From Gemmatimonas sp. (GTDB taxonomy: Bacteria > Gemmatimonadota > Gemmatimonadetes > Gemmatimonadales > Gemmatimonadaceae): 64,000 nt of DNA. Shown here piece by piece: positions 18,887-29,247 of the stretch. The stretch is taken from NCBI GenBank assembly GCA_031414535.1, contig JANNVQ010000014.1:160001-224000 (forward strand), read 5' to 3'. Each line of letters starts with the position of its first letter. The first letter of the stretch is position 1. Made by a program: the position numbers and the translations under genes. Under the pieces are notes generated by a model. It was not told where the DNA came from, did no database searches, and saw nothing but the letters and a program-made list of their open reading frames with translations.

Positions 18887-19798
18887 GTGCGATCCGCTTT
18901 CCGTCTGCTGGCCGAACACTTGTTGGATAGCTCGGGCCTGACCGCGCTCGCCCTGCGAAGCAGGACGGGCGGGCGACTCATTCTCGCCTTCCACAACGTC
19001 GTTCCCGACGACACCGCGCGCATCGGCGATCAGGCCCTGCACCTGCCGCTCTCCACGTTTCGTAGTGTGCTCGACGAGTGCTCGGCCTTCGGGGACATCG
19101 TCCCACTCGCCAGCGCATTGCACGACGACCTCGGCGAAAACGCGCGCCCTCGCATCGCCATCACCTTCGACGATGCCTACCAAGGCTGCTTACGGTACGC
19201 GCTACCCGAACTCCATCGGCGGCGCCTGCCCGCCACCATCTTCGTCGCCCCCGGAATCCTCGGAGGACGCACGATGTGGTGGGATGCCATCGCCGAGTTG
19301 CACGGCCTCGCGCCTGAAGCTCGCAACAGGGCCCTCAATAAGCACGCCGGTGACCACATCCAGATTCATCACGACTGGCGCGGCCGTAACGCCGCATGGG
19401 CGACACTCCCCGACGACTGGCAGACGGCCCACGAAACGCAGCTGAAGGCAGCCATCGAGCATGACCAGATCAGACTCGCCCCGCATTCGTGGAATCACCG
19501 CAACCTCATGCGCTGCAGCAACACAGAGCTCAACGAGGAACTGCAGCGCCCAGTGGAGTGGCTCTCCGAGTTCGCTGGAGATCGGTGCCTGCCTCATGTG
19601 CTCGCGTATCCGTACGGGCTTCATGACGATCGCGTCGAGACTGCCACCCTCGCCGCCGGTTACGCGCAGGCCCTCCGGGTGGATGGAGGATGGTGGCAAG
19701 GCGCCACGCCGCCGACAATGCGAATCCCGCGGCTCAACGTTCCCGCCGGCATCACACGGCGGGGTTTCCGACTCCGGCTCGCCGGTCTGCTTCAGTGA
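18887..19798 (+). CDS. Polysaccharide deacetylase (CE4/NodB-like)
   Basis: AFHNV, ITFDDAY, HSWNH, LAYPYG. Confidence 0.88.
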   Translation: MRSAFRLLAEHLLDSSGLTALALRSRTGGRLILAFHNVVPDDTARIGDQALHLPLSTFRSVLDECSAFGDIVPLASALHDDLGENARPRIAITFDDAYQGCLRYALPELHRRRLPATIFVAPGILGGRTMWWDAIAELHGLAPEARNRALNKHAGDHIQIHHDWRGRNAAWATLPDDWQTAHETQLKAAIEHDQIRLAPHSWNHRNLMRCSNTELNEELQRPVEWLSEFAGDRCLPHVLAYPYGLHDDRVETATLAAGYAQALRVDGGWWQGATPPTMRIPRLNVPAGITRRGFRLRLAGLLQ

Positions 19799-20991
19799 CC
19801 ATTCTCGCACCACAGCGCATCCTGGTCACCGATGGCGAGCAACGAGCGGCGCTCGCGGCCATTCGCTCACTCGGCGCCGCCGGTCATCAGGTGACCGTGA
19901 TCTCCTCGCGCGCACCCTGCATCGGTTCGGTGTCGCGCTTTGCCGCTCGGCAGGCCCTGATGCCCTCGCCGATGCGGGACGGGGCCGCGTTTGCGAAGGC
20001 CATTTGGGCGCGGGCCGCAGCAGACGGTTGCAGATGGATTCTTCCCATCACCGAGGAATCCGTGCTGGCGCTGGATCCCGCGTCTGCGCCACAGGGCGCG
20101 GCGCGATTGCTCGCGCCACCAATGGAAATTTTTCGCCGTCTGTCGGACAAAGAACTCGTGCTCGCGACGGCTGCTCAGCAGGGCATTCGCGTACCGAGGC
20201 AATGGGTGATTACACGGCCTAACGAGGAACTTCCACAATCACTCCCACCACGCGTCGCCATCAAGGCGGCACGGTCCATCGTCGGTGAAGGTGGCAACCG
20301 CCAGCGCAACAACGTGCAGTACGCCGAGGGGCGCGACGCTGTGGTGGCCGCGCTGGCACAGCTACCATCGGCAGCGTTCCCTGTGCTCGTACAGGAGCGC
20401 ATTCGAGGCCAAGGCATCGGCGCCTTCCTGCTGCGTTGGGATGGGCGTACGGTGGCGCGCTTCGCTCACCGACGCCTGCGCGAGAAGCCTCCCACGGGCG
20501 GCGTGAGCGTCTGCGCCGAGAGTGTCGCGCTGGACCCGGCTCTCGCGGCGGCAAGCGAACGGCTCGTGAGCGCGCTGGGTCTTGAGCATGGCGTGGCGAT
20601 GGTGGAGTACAAGCAGGACGCGCAAACCGGCGAGCCCGTCTTGATGGAAATCAACGGGCGTCTGTGGGGTTCGCTGCAGTTGGCCATCGACTCGGGCGTG
20701 GATTTCCCCGCGCTATGGCTGGCGTGTGCAAATGATGCGGCGCCTCCAGTTCCACCTACTTGGCGACTGGGTCAACGTCTGCGCTGGCGCTGGGGCGAGA
20801 TTGACCATCTCATCGCTCGGCTTCGCCGGCGTTACGAGGCGGACGATCTCCCGCCAAATGATCTTGGCCTGATGCGAACAATGATGGATGTTCTGCGCCC
20901 GCTCGCTTCAAACGAACGAAGTGAACTCGCACGGCCCGACGATCCGGCTCCGTCTCGTCGAGAGACGTTCGATTGGCTGCACCGACGCTAA
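19795..20991 (+). CDS. ATP-grasp domain protein
   Basis: LVQERIRG, REKPPTGG.S, MVEYK, LMEINGRLWGS; GTG start 19795 overlaps upstream TGA. Confidence 0.85.
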   Translation: MTILAPQRILVTDGEQRAALAAIRSLGAAGHQVTVISSRAPCIGSVSRFAARQALMPSPMRDGAAFAKAIWARAAADGCRWILPITEESVLALDPASAPQGAARLLAPPMEIFRRLSDKELVLATAAQQGIRVPRQWVITRPNEELPQSLPPRVAIKAARSIVGEGGNRQRNNVQYAEGRDAVVAALAQLPSAAFPVLVQERIRGQGIGAFLLRWDGRTVARFAHRRLREKPPTGGVSVCAESVALDPALAAASERLVSALGLEHGVAMVEYKQDAQTGEPVLMEINGRLWGSLQLAIDSGVDFPALWLACANDAAPPVPPTWRLGQRLRWRWGEIDHLIARLRRRYEADDLPPNDLGLMRTMMDVLRPLASNERSELARPDDPAPSRRETFDWLHRR

Positions 20992-21066
20992 GCACGACCG
21001 GAGCGCGCGCGACCCGACTCTGGCATCGCGCTTGCATCACTGTGTCCTGACCACTACCCTGCCCCG

Positions 21067-22086
21067 ATGCCCTCGACTGCTACACCCACGACCATTGCCG
21101 TAATCGGCGCCGGCGCCATCTCGCGCAGCTTCCACCTGCCCGCGCTCGCGCGACGCGACGACCTGCGGCCGCATGTGATCGTCGTGGACCGAGATCTCTC
21201 CCGCGCGCGCGCGCTGATGGGCGAGTTTGGCTTCGCCTCTGCCGCGAGCGACCTGCGGGAAGTGCTGGGTGTAGCCACCGGCGCCGTGATTGCCGTGCCG
21301 CACCATCTGCACGTGCCGCTGACGCACGATTGCCTGCGCGCCGGCGTGCACGTGCTTTGCGAGAAGCCACTTGCCGAGTCTGCCGAGGAAGTGGCCGCAT
21401 TGGGCGCGGAAGCCACGGCGGCCGGACTCACGCTGCTCGTGAACAACACGCGGCGCCTCTATCCGTCCACGCGCGCAATCCGCGAGGCCATCGTGCGCGG
21501 CGACCTCGGACATGTCACGCGGATTGAGTTTGAGGAAGGCGGGGCTTACGACTGGCCCGCGGCCGGCGACGGCTACTTTGGGGTGAAGGCTGGCGGGCGC
21601 GGCGTGCTCTTCGATATCGGTGCGCATGTACTCGACCTCGTCTGCTGGTGGCTCGACAGCACGCCCCGCGTGGAGCGTTACGCAGATGACTCCTACGGCG
21701 GCACCGAAGCGGTGGCGCAGGTAGACCTCAGAACCGATAAGGCCGAGGTGCACATTCGCTTGTCGTGGTTGAGCAAGTTGCAGAATCGGTTTCGCATCGT
21801 GGGCTCCAACGGCGCCTCCATCGAGCACGGCATCTACGATTGGCGTGATCCCGTCTTCGTGGCGGCCGACGGGCGCCGACGCGTCATCAAGACTGATCCC
21901 GGCCCCCGCACCTACGCGGGATTCGGCGATGTCCTCATTGAAAACTTTGTGGATGCCATTCACGGGAAAGCTGCGCCACTCGTGCCCGCCGCGGCCGTAG
22001 CGCCGTCCATCGCCTTGCTGGCGCAGTGCTATGCACAACGCAGCCGACTGCCCGAACCCTGGCATCTCCCGGAGGTGAAGTCGTGA
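21067..22086 (+). CDS. Gfo/Idh/MocA family oxidoreductase
   Basis: GAGAI, HVLCEKP, GGRGVLFDIGAHVLD. Confidence 0.88.
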   Translation: MPSTATPTTIAVIGAGAISRSFHLPALARRDDLRPHVIVVDRDLSRARALMGEFGFASAASDLREVLGVATGAVIAVPHHLHVPLTHDCLRAGVHVLCEKPLAESAEEVAALGAEATAAGLTLLVNNTRRLYPSTRAIREAIVRGDLGHVTRIEFEEGGAYDWPAAGDGYFGVKAGGRGVLFDIGAHVLDLVCWWLDSTPRVERYADDSYGGTEAVAQVDLRTDKAEVHIRLSWLSKLQNRFRIVGSNGASIEHGIYDWRDPVFVAADGRRRVIKTDPGPRTYAGFGDVLIENFVDAIHGKAAPLVPAAAVAPSIALLAQCYAQRSRLPEPWHLPEVKS

Positions 22087-23150
22087 GCGCGCGTCCGAAG
22101 GTTCTCATCACGGGCGCGGGTGGCTTCGTGGGCGGCCGCTTCGCCGAGCTCTTTCATGCATGGGGCGTTGGCGAGGTGCGCGCGGGGCTTCGCCGTTGGA
22201 GCAGTGGTGCGCGCGTCGGGCGCACGCCGGTTGAACTGGTCCTCTGCGATGTGACGCGCGCCGAATCCGTGCGCGCAGCACTGGAGGGTGTGGATCTCGT
22301 GGTGCACTGCGCCGTCGGCGGGCGCGATGCCACGGTGACGGGTACGCGGACCCTCTTGGACGAGTCCCTGCGCGCTGGAGTGAAGCGCGTCGTGCACATC
22401 AGCACCATAGACGTGTACGGCTCAACAGATGGCGAGTGCCGAGAGGACGCGGCGCTCACGAAGACCGGCCGCGAGTATGGCGACACCAAAATCGAGGCCG
22501 AGGAAGCCTGCCGCGAGTACCTGCAGCGCGGCCTGGCCGTGAGCATGCTGCGTCCCACTCTGGTGCACGGCCCCTTCTCAGCGCTTTGGAGCGTGGAGAT
22601 TGCGGGTCGCGTCCAGCAACGTCCGTTTCCGCTCCCCGAGACTGTGTGCGGCGGCACCTGCAATCTCGTCTACGTGGACGACGTGGTGCTAGCAGGTAAG
22701 CTCGCGCTCGAGCGGCCCGAGGCTGTGGGCGAAGCGTTCAACGTGGGCGGTCCGGAAGTACCGACATGGAACGCGTACTTCGAGGCGCTGAACACGGCAC
22801 TCGGCCTCCCGCCGCTCGCGCGTCAGGCGGAGGGTGGATCGCGGGCCACAAGCTTACTTGTGCATCCCGTGCGCATGGCCGCGAAGTTCGGCATGAAGCA
22901 GTTCGAGAAGCAGATCATGACTGTGTACCAGAGCTCAGCCGCCGCTAAGAACCTGATGAAGCGGGCGGAGAAGCTCATTCGCGGCACACCCGGTTTGGAC
23001 GAGTTCAGCTACTATGGGCGGCGCGGCACGTATCCAATTGATAAAGCGAGGCGGCTACTAGGCTACGCGCCTGCCTTCGATATGGCTCGCTCTTTGCCGC
23101 TGACGGCGGCCTGGTTGCGCGCACACGGGTACATCGGCACGCCTAGCTGA
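22083..23150 (+). CDS. NAD-dependent epimerase/dehydratase (extended SDR)
   Basis: ITGAGGFVG, HIST, YGDTK (YxxxK), LVYVDDV; GTG start 22083. Confidence 0.88.
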   Translation: MSARPKVLITGAGGFVGGRFAELFHAWGVGEVRAGLRRWSSGARVGRTPVELVLCDVTRAESVRAALEGVDLVVHCAVGGRDATVTGTRTLLDESLRAGVKRVVHISTIDVYGSTDGECREDAALTKTGREYGDTKIEAEEACREYLQRGLAVSMLRPTLVHGPFSALWSVEIAGRVQQRPFPLPETVCGGTCNLVYVDDVVLAGKLALERPEAVGEAFNVGGPEVPTWNAYFEALNTALGLPPLARQAEGGSRATSLLVHPVRMAAKFGMKQFEKQIMTVYQSSAAAKNLMKRAEKLIRGTPGLDEFSYYGRRGTYPIDKARRLLGYAPAFDMARSLPLTAAWLRAHGYIGTPS

Positions 23151-24315
23151 TGCGCGCGCTGGCCCAGGCGGCGGCGCGTTGAAGATCCGCATCGCTTACC
23201 CGCGAGTGCACGGGTAGCGTGACGAGGCGTGCCGCCAATGCGCGCGCGCCTTCCCACGGGCCGCCTGCACTAGATGACACGCGAGTGAAGCCAGGCAGAT
23301 CACAGAGCGCGAGTGGATATCCAGGCTCAATCCCAAGCTCGCGAGAGCTGCGCTCGCCGCGGCCCACGGTACCGCGCAACACCACTGGCATGCGTAAGTA
23401 GCCCGCGACGCCATTCGGCGGCAGGGCGAGCGCAGCGCTGGCTGGAAGCCTCTGTTGCATTCGTCGGGCGCGCTCGCTGCGCGCAACACTTTCCTTACCC
23501 TCAAGCTCAAGCGCGGCACGCACGAGTTCCGCTGCACGAGCGTCCAACCTCATCGCGGGGTGTGCGGCGTGGTACGGCGTGTCGCCCAAGCCGAGTGCCG
23601 GAACTCGGGCTGGCACGCCATAAAAGGCGGGGTGCGAGAGCAGGTCTTGGCCCAGCATCTTGAGCGCCCGCAGAAGGCCAGCCTGCTCACCGACGGAGAG
23701 CGCACGAATCAATTGAATGGCTCGCCCATCCAAGGCCGGCTCTCGAACGAGTAGCGCACCCCCGCCGCCGGCAGAACGTCCCTTCCCTCGACCGAAAGAG
23801 AGCAGGCTGAGGTCACCGTGTGCGCCGAGTGGCTTACCGTTCAGACTGCCACCCACTCCTTGAGCCGCGTCCTCGATGAGCAGCGCGCCGGCTTGCCGGC
23901 AGCGTTTCCCAACCTCGGCCAAGTTCACCGGCACACCGTAGAGGTGCACCGCGACCACCGCAGCGGCCCCCGTCGCCAACACCCGGTCAAGGCTCGCGAG
24001 ATCGGCCGACAGAGTTCGCGGATCCACATCGTACAGCGCGACTTCGACGCCAGCGGCATCGGCGGCGGTCGCGAGATCAAAGCAGCCGTAGGCAGGCAAG
24101 GCCACCACGCGGTGGGGGCTCTGCTCCACGGCCAACTGCATCGCCAAGGCGAGGGCGCTGGTGCCGCTATCTACGAGGTGCGCCGCCGTGGCCGCGAAGC
24201 GCTCGGTGAGTAGGCGCTCCACGCCTTTTACCGCCTCGCCGCGGCCCAGACTCGCGAGGGCGGCCGACCAGGACATGGGGGAGTAGGCGGGCGGGACCCA
24301 GCGCCAAGGATTCAT
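23143..24315 (-). CDS. DegT/DnrJ/EryC1/StrS family PLP aminotransferase
   Basis: SGTSAL, VHLYG, IEDAAQ, SFGRGK, LVTLP. Confidence 0.82.
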   Translation of the reverse strand: MNPWRWVPPAYSPMSWSAALASLGRGEAVKGVERLLTERFAATAAHLVDSGTSALALAMQLAVEQSPHRVVALPAYGCFDLATAADAAGVEVALYDVDPRTLSADLASLDRVLATGAAAVVAVHLYGVPVNLAEVGKRCRQAGALLIEDAAQGVGGSLNGKPLGAHGDLSLLSFGRGKGRSAGGGGALLVREPALDGRAIQLIRALSVGEQAGLLRALKMLGQDLLSHPAFYGVPARVPALGLGDTPYHAAHPAMRLDARAAELVRAALELEGKESVARSERARRMQQRLPASAALALPPNGVAGYLRMPVVLRGTVGRGERSSRELGIEPGYPLALCDLPGFTRVSSSAGGPWEGARALAARLVTLPVHSRVSDADLQRAAAWASARIS

Positions 24316-24337
24316 CTCGGTAAGTTACGGGGCCGCT

Positions 24338-25723
24338 ATGTCTGAGAATACTGCAACCGCGCGGAGTTGGTGGGTGCTGCTCGCCGTCATCGCCCTCGCG
24401 GCGCTGCTGCGCTTCCCACTGCTCGACATTTTCCCGGGCTCGACGCCCGACGAAGGCGGCTGGCCCTTGGCCGTCCGCTCCTGGGTGGACGATGGCGACC
24501 GGACCTACGACCTCCACTCGGCGCCGGGCTACCATGTGCTGCTCGGCATCCCCTTCGCGATTGCGGGCTCCAGCTTCGAGGTGGCTCGTGCTGCATCGGT
24601 TACGGCTGGACTCATCGCCCTGTTGTTTTGGTTCTTCGCGGCATCGGCGGCGGCGGGCCGGACTGCGGCGCTGATTTCAGCGCTCTTGATTGCCACGAGC
24701 TTCGACGCCATCACGAATGACCGCCGAGCGCTGATTGAGCCTTACCAGATGCTTGCGATGTCGGCGCTCTTCTGGGCTTGGAGCACGCGCGAGCGCCGAC
24801 GAAGTATTTGGATTGCGCTCCTAACGGCGGTCCTATTGCTCACGAAAGCCATCGCCATCGTGTTCGTGGGTGCCTTTGGCGTCTCCACGTGGTTTGAGTC
24901 CACTCGCGATCCGCGCACTCGCCGCGCCGACCGCTTGGCGCTGCTCGCTGGCGTGGGGCTCGCCATCGCCGCTTACCTCGGCCTGTACCTAAGCGACCCG
25001 CCAACCTTCTTGCGGGGCTGGGGCGATAACGTCGGTCTCGCCACGTACGAGGCATCCGACGCCCTCTTCCGCGTGGGGCGCTTCGGCTTCGCGCCTGAAA
25101 CCGTGAAGACTTCGCTGCTCGCGATGTCGCACGCCGACCCCGTCGTCCTTGCCGCCGCGCTGATGGGGTTCGTGGCCGCACTCAAAAAGCGCGTGCTCTT
25201 ACCGCTCGCGTTTGGTATTCCGTTCACGCTGGGGTTCTTGCTGCTTCAGGTGTGGCAGGCGGGAAACTACTTCCACCCCATCACACCAATGGCCTGCATC
25301 CTGGCAGGCTGGTGGGTGTCCACGCAGCGGAGACAGTGGCAAGTGGCGCTGGTATTCTCGGCCGCACTGCTCTCGGGAGTCCGTATTGTTCGCGGCGCCT
25401 CCGCGGCCGACCCCGCCGAGCGCATAGCCACAGTGGAGCTCGCGACCCGCCTGCAGGGAAGCGACCATGTGCTGTCGGCCGCGTATCTCGCCATGCGCCT
25501 GCCCGGCGCGGTGACCTCGTACCCTGAGTTCCCGCCCCCGTACATGCCAGCGCTCGACACCCTTCGCGCACGCAGCATCACTTGGCTCCTCTACGATAAA
25601 CGCGAATGGGCCTACGCACACCGGCAGGTGCCGCAGGACTCCGTGCGTGCATGGCTCAATTCCTGTTGCGTGGCCGAGCCAGGCCTCGGCGGCGGCGTAT
25701 TTCTTGCGTACCGGGTGCGATGA
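24338..25723 (+). CDS. ArnT/PMT-like (GT-C) membrane glycosyltransferase
   Basis: Multi-TM; DEG after first TM, H.APGY, LLTK. Confidence 0.68.
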   Translation: MSENTATARSWWVLLAVIALAALLRFPLLDIFPGSTPDEGGWPLAVRSWVDDGDRTYDLHSAPGYHVLLGIPFAIAGSSFEVARAASVTAGLIALLFWFFAASAAAGRTAALISALLIATSFDAITNDRRALIEPYQMLAMSALFWAWSTRERRRSIWIALLTAVLLLTKAIAIVFVGAFGVSTWFESTRDPRTRRADRLALLAGVGLAIAAYLGLYLSDPPTFLRGWGDNVGLATYEASDALFRVGRFGFAPETVKTSLLAMSHADPVVLAAALMGFVAALKKRVLLPLAFGIPFTLGFLLLQVWQAGNYFHPITPMACILAGWWVSTQRRQWQVALVFSAALLSGVRIVRGASAADPAERIATVELATRLQGSDHVLSAAYLAMRLPGAVTSYPEFPPPYMPALDTLRARSITWLLYDKREWAYAHRQVPQDSVRAWLNSCCVAEPGLGGGVFLAYRVR

Positions 25724-25754
25724 CTTCGCTTTCATCACGCTTAGTTTCCACCAC

Positions 25755-26858
25755 GTGACGTCAACCGCTGCTTCCGAGCCGACGCTAAACCTCAGCGTCG
25801 CTGATTCCGCCCCAGCCGGGTGGGACGCCTTCGTGCGTGCCACCCCGACGGCGACGCACGCGCATCTGGCCGGATGGCAGCATGTGTTTGACGGCGTGCT
25901 TGGGCATCGCACTCGCTATGCAATACTCGAGCATTCTGACGGATCTGTGGCCGGCGTCCTGCCGATTGTTGATGTGCGCAGCCGCATTTTTGGACGCTAC
26001 TTGATGTCCATGCCATTCTTGAATGCTGGCGGGCCCATTGGCGGCGCGGCCGCTCAGCGGCAACTCGCCGCCTGGGCGCAACGCGAAGCGGTCGCGGCGA
26101 ACTCCAAGTTACTGGAGCTTCGCTGGACGGCCGACATCGCGGCGGTCCCACGAACCGTGGGTGGAGATTTTCCCCGCCCAGCTTCGCTCCCCGAGACGCT
26201 CGCGGTGTCTGACCGCAAGATCACGGTGGCGATGCCGCTGCCTGAGACCGCGACCGAGCTCTTTGAGAAGGGGCTTAAGTCCAAACTGCGCAGCCAAGTT
26301 CGGCGACCCATGAAGGAAGGCCTCACGGCGCGCTTCGGTGCCGACCAGTGCGCGCCATTCTACGATGTGTTCGCGCGGAACATGCGAGAGCTGGGCACGC
26401 CCGTTTTGCCACGAAAGTTCTTTGAGGCCTTGCTCACCAGCTTTCCGAACGAAGTGGTGTTCGCCACGGTCTGGCGCGGTGACACGCTGATGGCTGGCGG
26501 CTGCGGATTTCTCTACGCCAACAGCTTTGAGATCACCTGGGCCTCGTCGCTGCGCGAGTTCAACCAACTCTCTCCCAATATGCTGCTCTACTGGGCCATG
26601 ATGGAGCACGTCATTGGCGCGGGTGCGCGGCGCTTCGACTTTGGACGCTGCACGCCGGGCAGTTCTACCCATCGCTTCAAGACGCAGTGGGGCGCAGTTG
26701 ATGAGCGGCTGCCATGGGCCTCGTGGTCGAGTACTCCAGACTCGGGCGTGCCGAAGCAAGACTCCGGCGCATTCGCACTCGCCTCGAGAGTCTGGACCCG
26801 TTTGCCCCTCTCGGTGACTAACGCGCTCGGTCCATTCCTCGCCAAATCAATTCCGTGA
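25755..26858 (+). CDS. FemAB-like protein (XrtA/PEP-CTERM-associated type)
   Basis: WDAFV, SMPFLNAGG, LGTPV, SPNMLLYW, FDFGR, FKTQWG; GTG start 25755. Confidence 0.85.
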   Translation: MTSTAASEPTLNLSVADSAPAGWDAFVRATPTATHAHLAGWQHVFDGVLGHRTRYAILEHSDGSVAGVLPIVDVRSRIFGRYLMSMPFLNAGGPIGGAAAQRQLAAWAQREAVAANSKLLELRWTADIAAVPRTVGGDFPRPASLPETLAVSDRKITVAMPLPETATELFEKGLKSKLRSQVRRPMKEGLTARFGADQCAPFYDVFARNMRELGTPVLPRKFFEALLTSFPNEVVFATVWRGDTLMAGGCGFLYANSFEITWASSLREFNQLSPNMLLYWAMMEHVIGAGARRFDFGRCTPGSSTHRFKTQWGAVDERLPWASWSSTPDSGVPKQDSGAFALASRVWTRLPLSVTNALGPFLAKSIP

Positions 26859-28087
26859 GCCAGACTCGAGGCGCAGTACTCAAGGTCTGGGATTCCGAGT
26901 ATCCCTGGGACGTCCGCACGGAGAAGGTGTGTCAGGCGCTCACGGGTGCCGGCTACGCTGTGCACATGGTGGCGCGAAATCGCGACGGTCGTGTGCTTGA
27001 GGAGACGCTCCCCGAATGCACGGTGCATCGGCTCGCACCGTGGCGTGCATTGGGCGCGCGCGTGGACGCGGCCTCGCAGTTCCCCGCGTTTTTCAATCCG
27101 CGCTGGACCTCGCGGATGCGCGAGGTTGGCCGACGCGAGCGCGCGCAGGTGGTATTGGTTCGCGACCTCCCACTGGCACCGGCCGCGATTCGTGTGGCGC
27201 AGCAACTCAAGTTGCCGGTGGTACTGGACATGGCCGAGAACTATCCGGCGATGATCCGCGATCTGTGGACCACCGGGGCCACACGGCTCGGCGACCGGCT
27301 GGTGCGGAATCCCAAAATGGTGGAAGCCGTCGAGAACTGGGTGCTCCCGCGCCTCGATCACTGTGTGGTGGTGGTGGAGGAGTCGCGTGATCGGCTCATC
27401 AAGCTGGGCGTGCCTGCCGACCGGGTGACGGTAGTAAGCAACACACCTGCACAGAGTCGCATTGACGAGTATGCCGCGCTGCGCGACGCTGCAGAGGCAC
27501 AGCACACTGACGCGCCGCTGCGCCTGACCTACCTCGGTCTCATGGAGGAAGCGCGCGGTGTGCGCTTGGTGCTTGACGCCGTTGCGCTGCTGGCGCGAGA
27601 GGGCGTGGTCGTCGCGCTCGATCTCATCGGTGATGGGCGGGCCCGTAAGGCGCTCGAGTCGCACGCCACAGCACTCGGACTCGACTCATCCCACGTACGC
27701 TTCTTTGGGCACGTGCCCTACCGCGACGCATTAAAGATTGTGGCCGAGGCGGATGCGGGGCTCATTCCTCATTACGCCAATGAGAGTTGGCAGACGACCA
27801 TTCCCAATAAGCTCTTCGACTACATGTCCCTCGGGCTCGCCGTCATCTCCTCGGACGTCACGCCCGTGGTGCGCGTGCTCGCTGAGACGGGCGCCGGCGT
27901 GACGTTTATGGATCGGAAGGCGGACGACCTCGCACGCGTGCTGCGTTCACTAAATCGCAGCGCCGCTCGAGCGCAGGGCGTGAAGGGCAGGCAATCCGTG
28001 CGCAATCGCTATAACTGGGAGCGCGACGCCGAGCATCTCATAGCTGTTATCAATCGCGTGATCGCCGACGGGAAGAAATCGCATTGA
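26855..28087 (+). CDS. Glycosyltransferase family 4
   Basis: YPWDVR, PNKLFDYMSLGLAVISSD, YNWE. Confidence 0.88.
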   Translation: MSQTRGAVLKVWDSEYPWDVRTEKVCQALTGAGYAVHMVARNRDGRVLEETLPECTVHRLAPWRALGARVDAASQFPAFFNPRWTSRMREVGRRERAQVVLVRDLPLAPAAIRVAQQLKLPVVLDMAENYPAMIRDLWTTGATRLGDRLVRNPKMVEAVENWVLPRLDHCVVVVEESRDRLIKLGVPADRVTVVSNTPAQSRIDEYAALRDAAEAQHTDAPLRLTYLGLMEEARGVRLVLDAVALLAREGVVVALDLIGDGRARKALESHATALGLDSSHVRFFGHVPYRDALKIVAEADAGLIPHYANESWQTTIPNKLFDYMSLGLAVISSDVTPVVRVLAETGAGVTFMDRKADDLARVLRSLNRSAARAQGVKGRQSVRNRYNWERDAEHLIAVINRVIADGKKSH

Positions 28088-29235
28088 GGTCAGCGGCCCT
28101 GACTCCTCCTCGTGAACAGCTCCGCATCGTCCATTCCTGCACGCCGGCCAGCGTGGGTGGACTGGAGCGCGTGGTGCAGGGTCTCGCTTCGGGACTCGCA
28201 GCGCGCGGCCACTGGATTGACGTAATCGCCGTGGTGGAGCCCGATGTGCGCACGGACGATCTTCGCGCTCCGCTCGATGCGGCTGGCGTGACCGTGCACG
28301 AGCTCCGCCTTGGCGGACGCGATTACCTCGGAGAGATTCGCGGCGTTGGCGCCCTGCTCCGCCAGTTGGCGCCCGACGTGCTGCACACGCACGGCTATCG
28401 CGCCGACTTGATGCACGGGCTGCTCGTACGGCCCCGCCGCACAGCGAACGTGAGCACGCTGCACGGCTCCAGCCGCCTCGGCGGCATCTCCCACGCATTC
28501 GAGTGGGTTCAGGAGCGCGCGCTACGGCGTTTTGATGGCGTGGTCGCGGTCTCTACGCCTTTGGAAAAGCAGTTGCTTGCCTTGGGAGTCCCGCGGGCGG
28601 CCCTGCATCGCATTCCCAACGCCACGAACGCGCCGCCGCTACTGCCTCGCGCGGAAGCACGTGCGGCGCTTGGCGTGGCTGGCGCTGGCGTAGTGATCGG
28701 ATTTATCGGGCGTCTGATTCCCATCAAGGGCACGGACGTGTTGGTCCAAGCCTTAGCAAGCGTAAGTGACTTGCCTTGGGACGCCGTAATCGTGGGCGGT
28801 GGCCCAGAGCGCGAGCGTCTCGAGAGCCTCGCGGCATCGTTGGGGCTTGGCGCGCGTGTACAGTTTGCTGGCGAACGTGAGCATGCGGCTCGCTATCTCG
28901 CGGCCTTCGATCTCTTCGTGTTGCCATCGCGCTCGGAGGGCACGCCCATCGTGCTGCTTGAAACGCTTGCCGCGGGTGTGCCCGTCATCGCGAGCGCGGT
29001 GGGAGGCGTGCCTGATCTGATTGCGGCGCCCGCCGAAGGCGCCTTGGTGCCGCCTGATGATGCGGTCGCACTCGCCGCAGCTATTCGCGCCGCACTCGGC
29101 GCACCAGCAGCTGCACAGGCTGCCGCAAGGTCCGCACAAGAGCACGTTCGCCGCGAGTATGACTTCGAGACATGGATCTCGCGGCACGAGGCGCTCTACG
29201 TCGCCGCGATGCAGCGGCGCGGGCTCGCACCTTAG
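28084..29235 (+). CDS. Glycosyltransferase family 4
   Basis: GGLE, GRLIPIKG, FVLPSRSEGTPIVLLE. Confidence 0.9.
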   Translation: MRSAALTPPREQLRIVHSCTPASVGGLERVVQGLASGLAARGHWIDVIAVVEPDVRTDDLRAPLDAAGVTVHELRLGGRDYLGEIRGVGALLRQLAPDVLHTHGYRADLMHGLLVRPRRTANVSTLHGSSRLGGISHAFEWVQERALRRFDGVVAVSTPLEKQLLALGVPRAALHRIPNATNAPPLLPRAEARAALGVAGAGVVIGFIGRLIPIKGTDVLVQALASVSDLPWDAVIVGGGPERERLESLAASLGLGARVQFAGEREHAARYLAAFDLFVLPSRSEGTPIVLLETLAAGVPVIASAVGGVPDLIAAPAEGALVPPDDAVALAAAIRAALGAPAAAQAAARSAQEHVRREYDFETWISRHEALYVAAMQRRGLAP

Positions 29236-29247
29236 GACACCGGCGCC

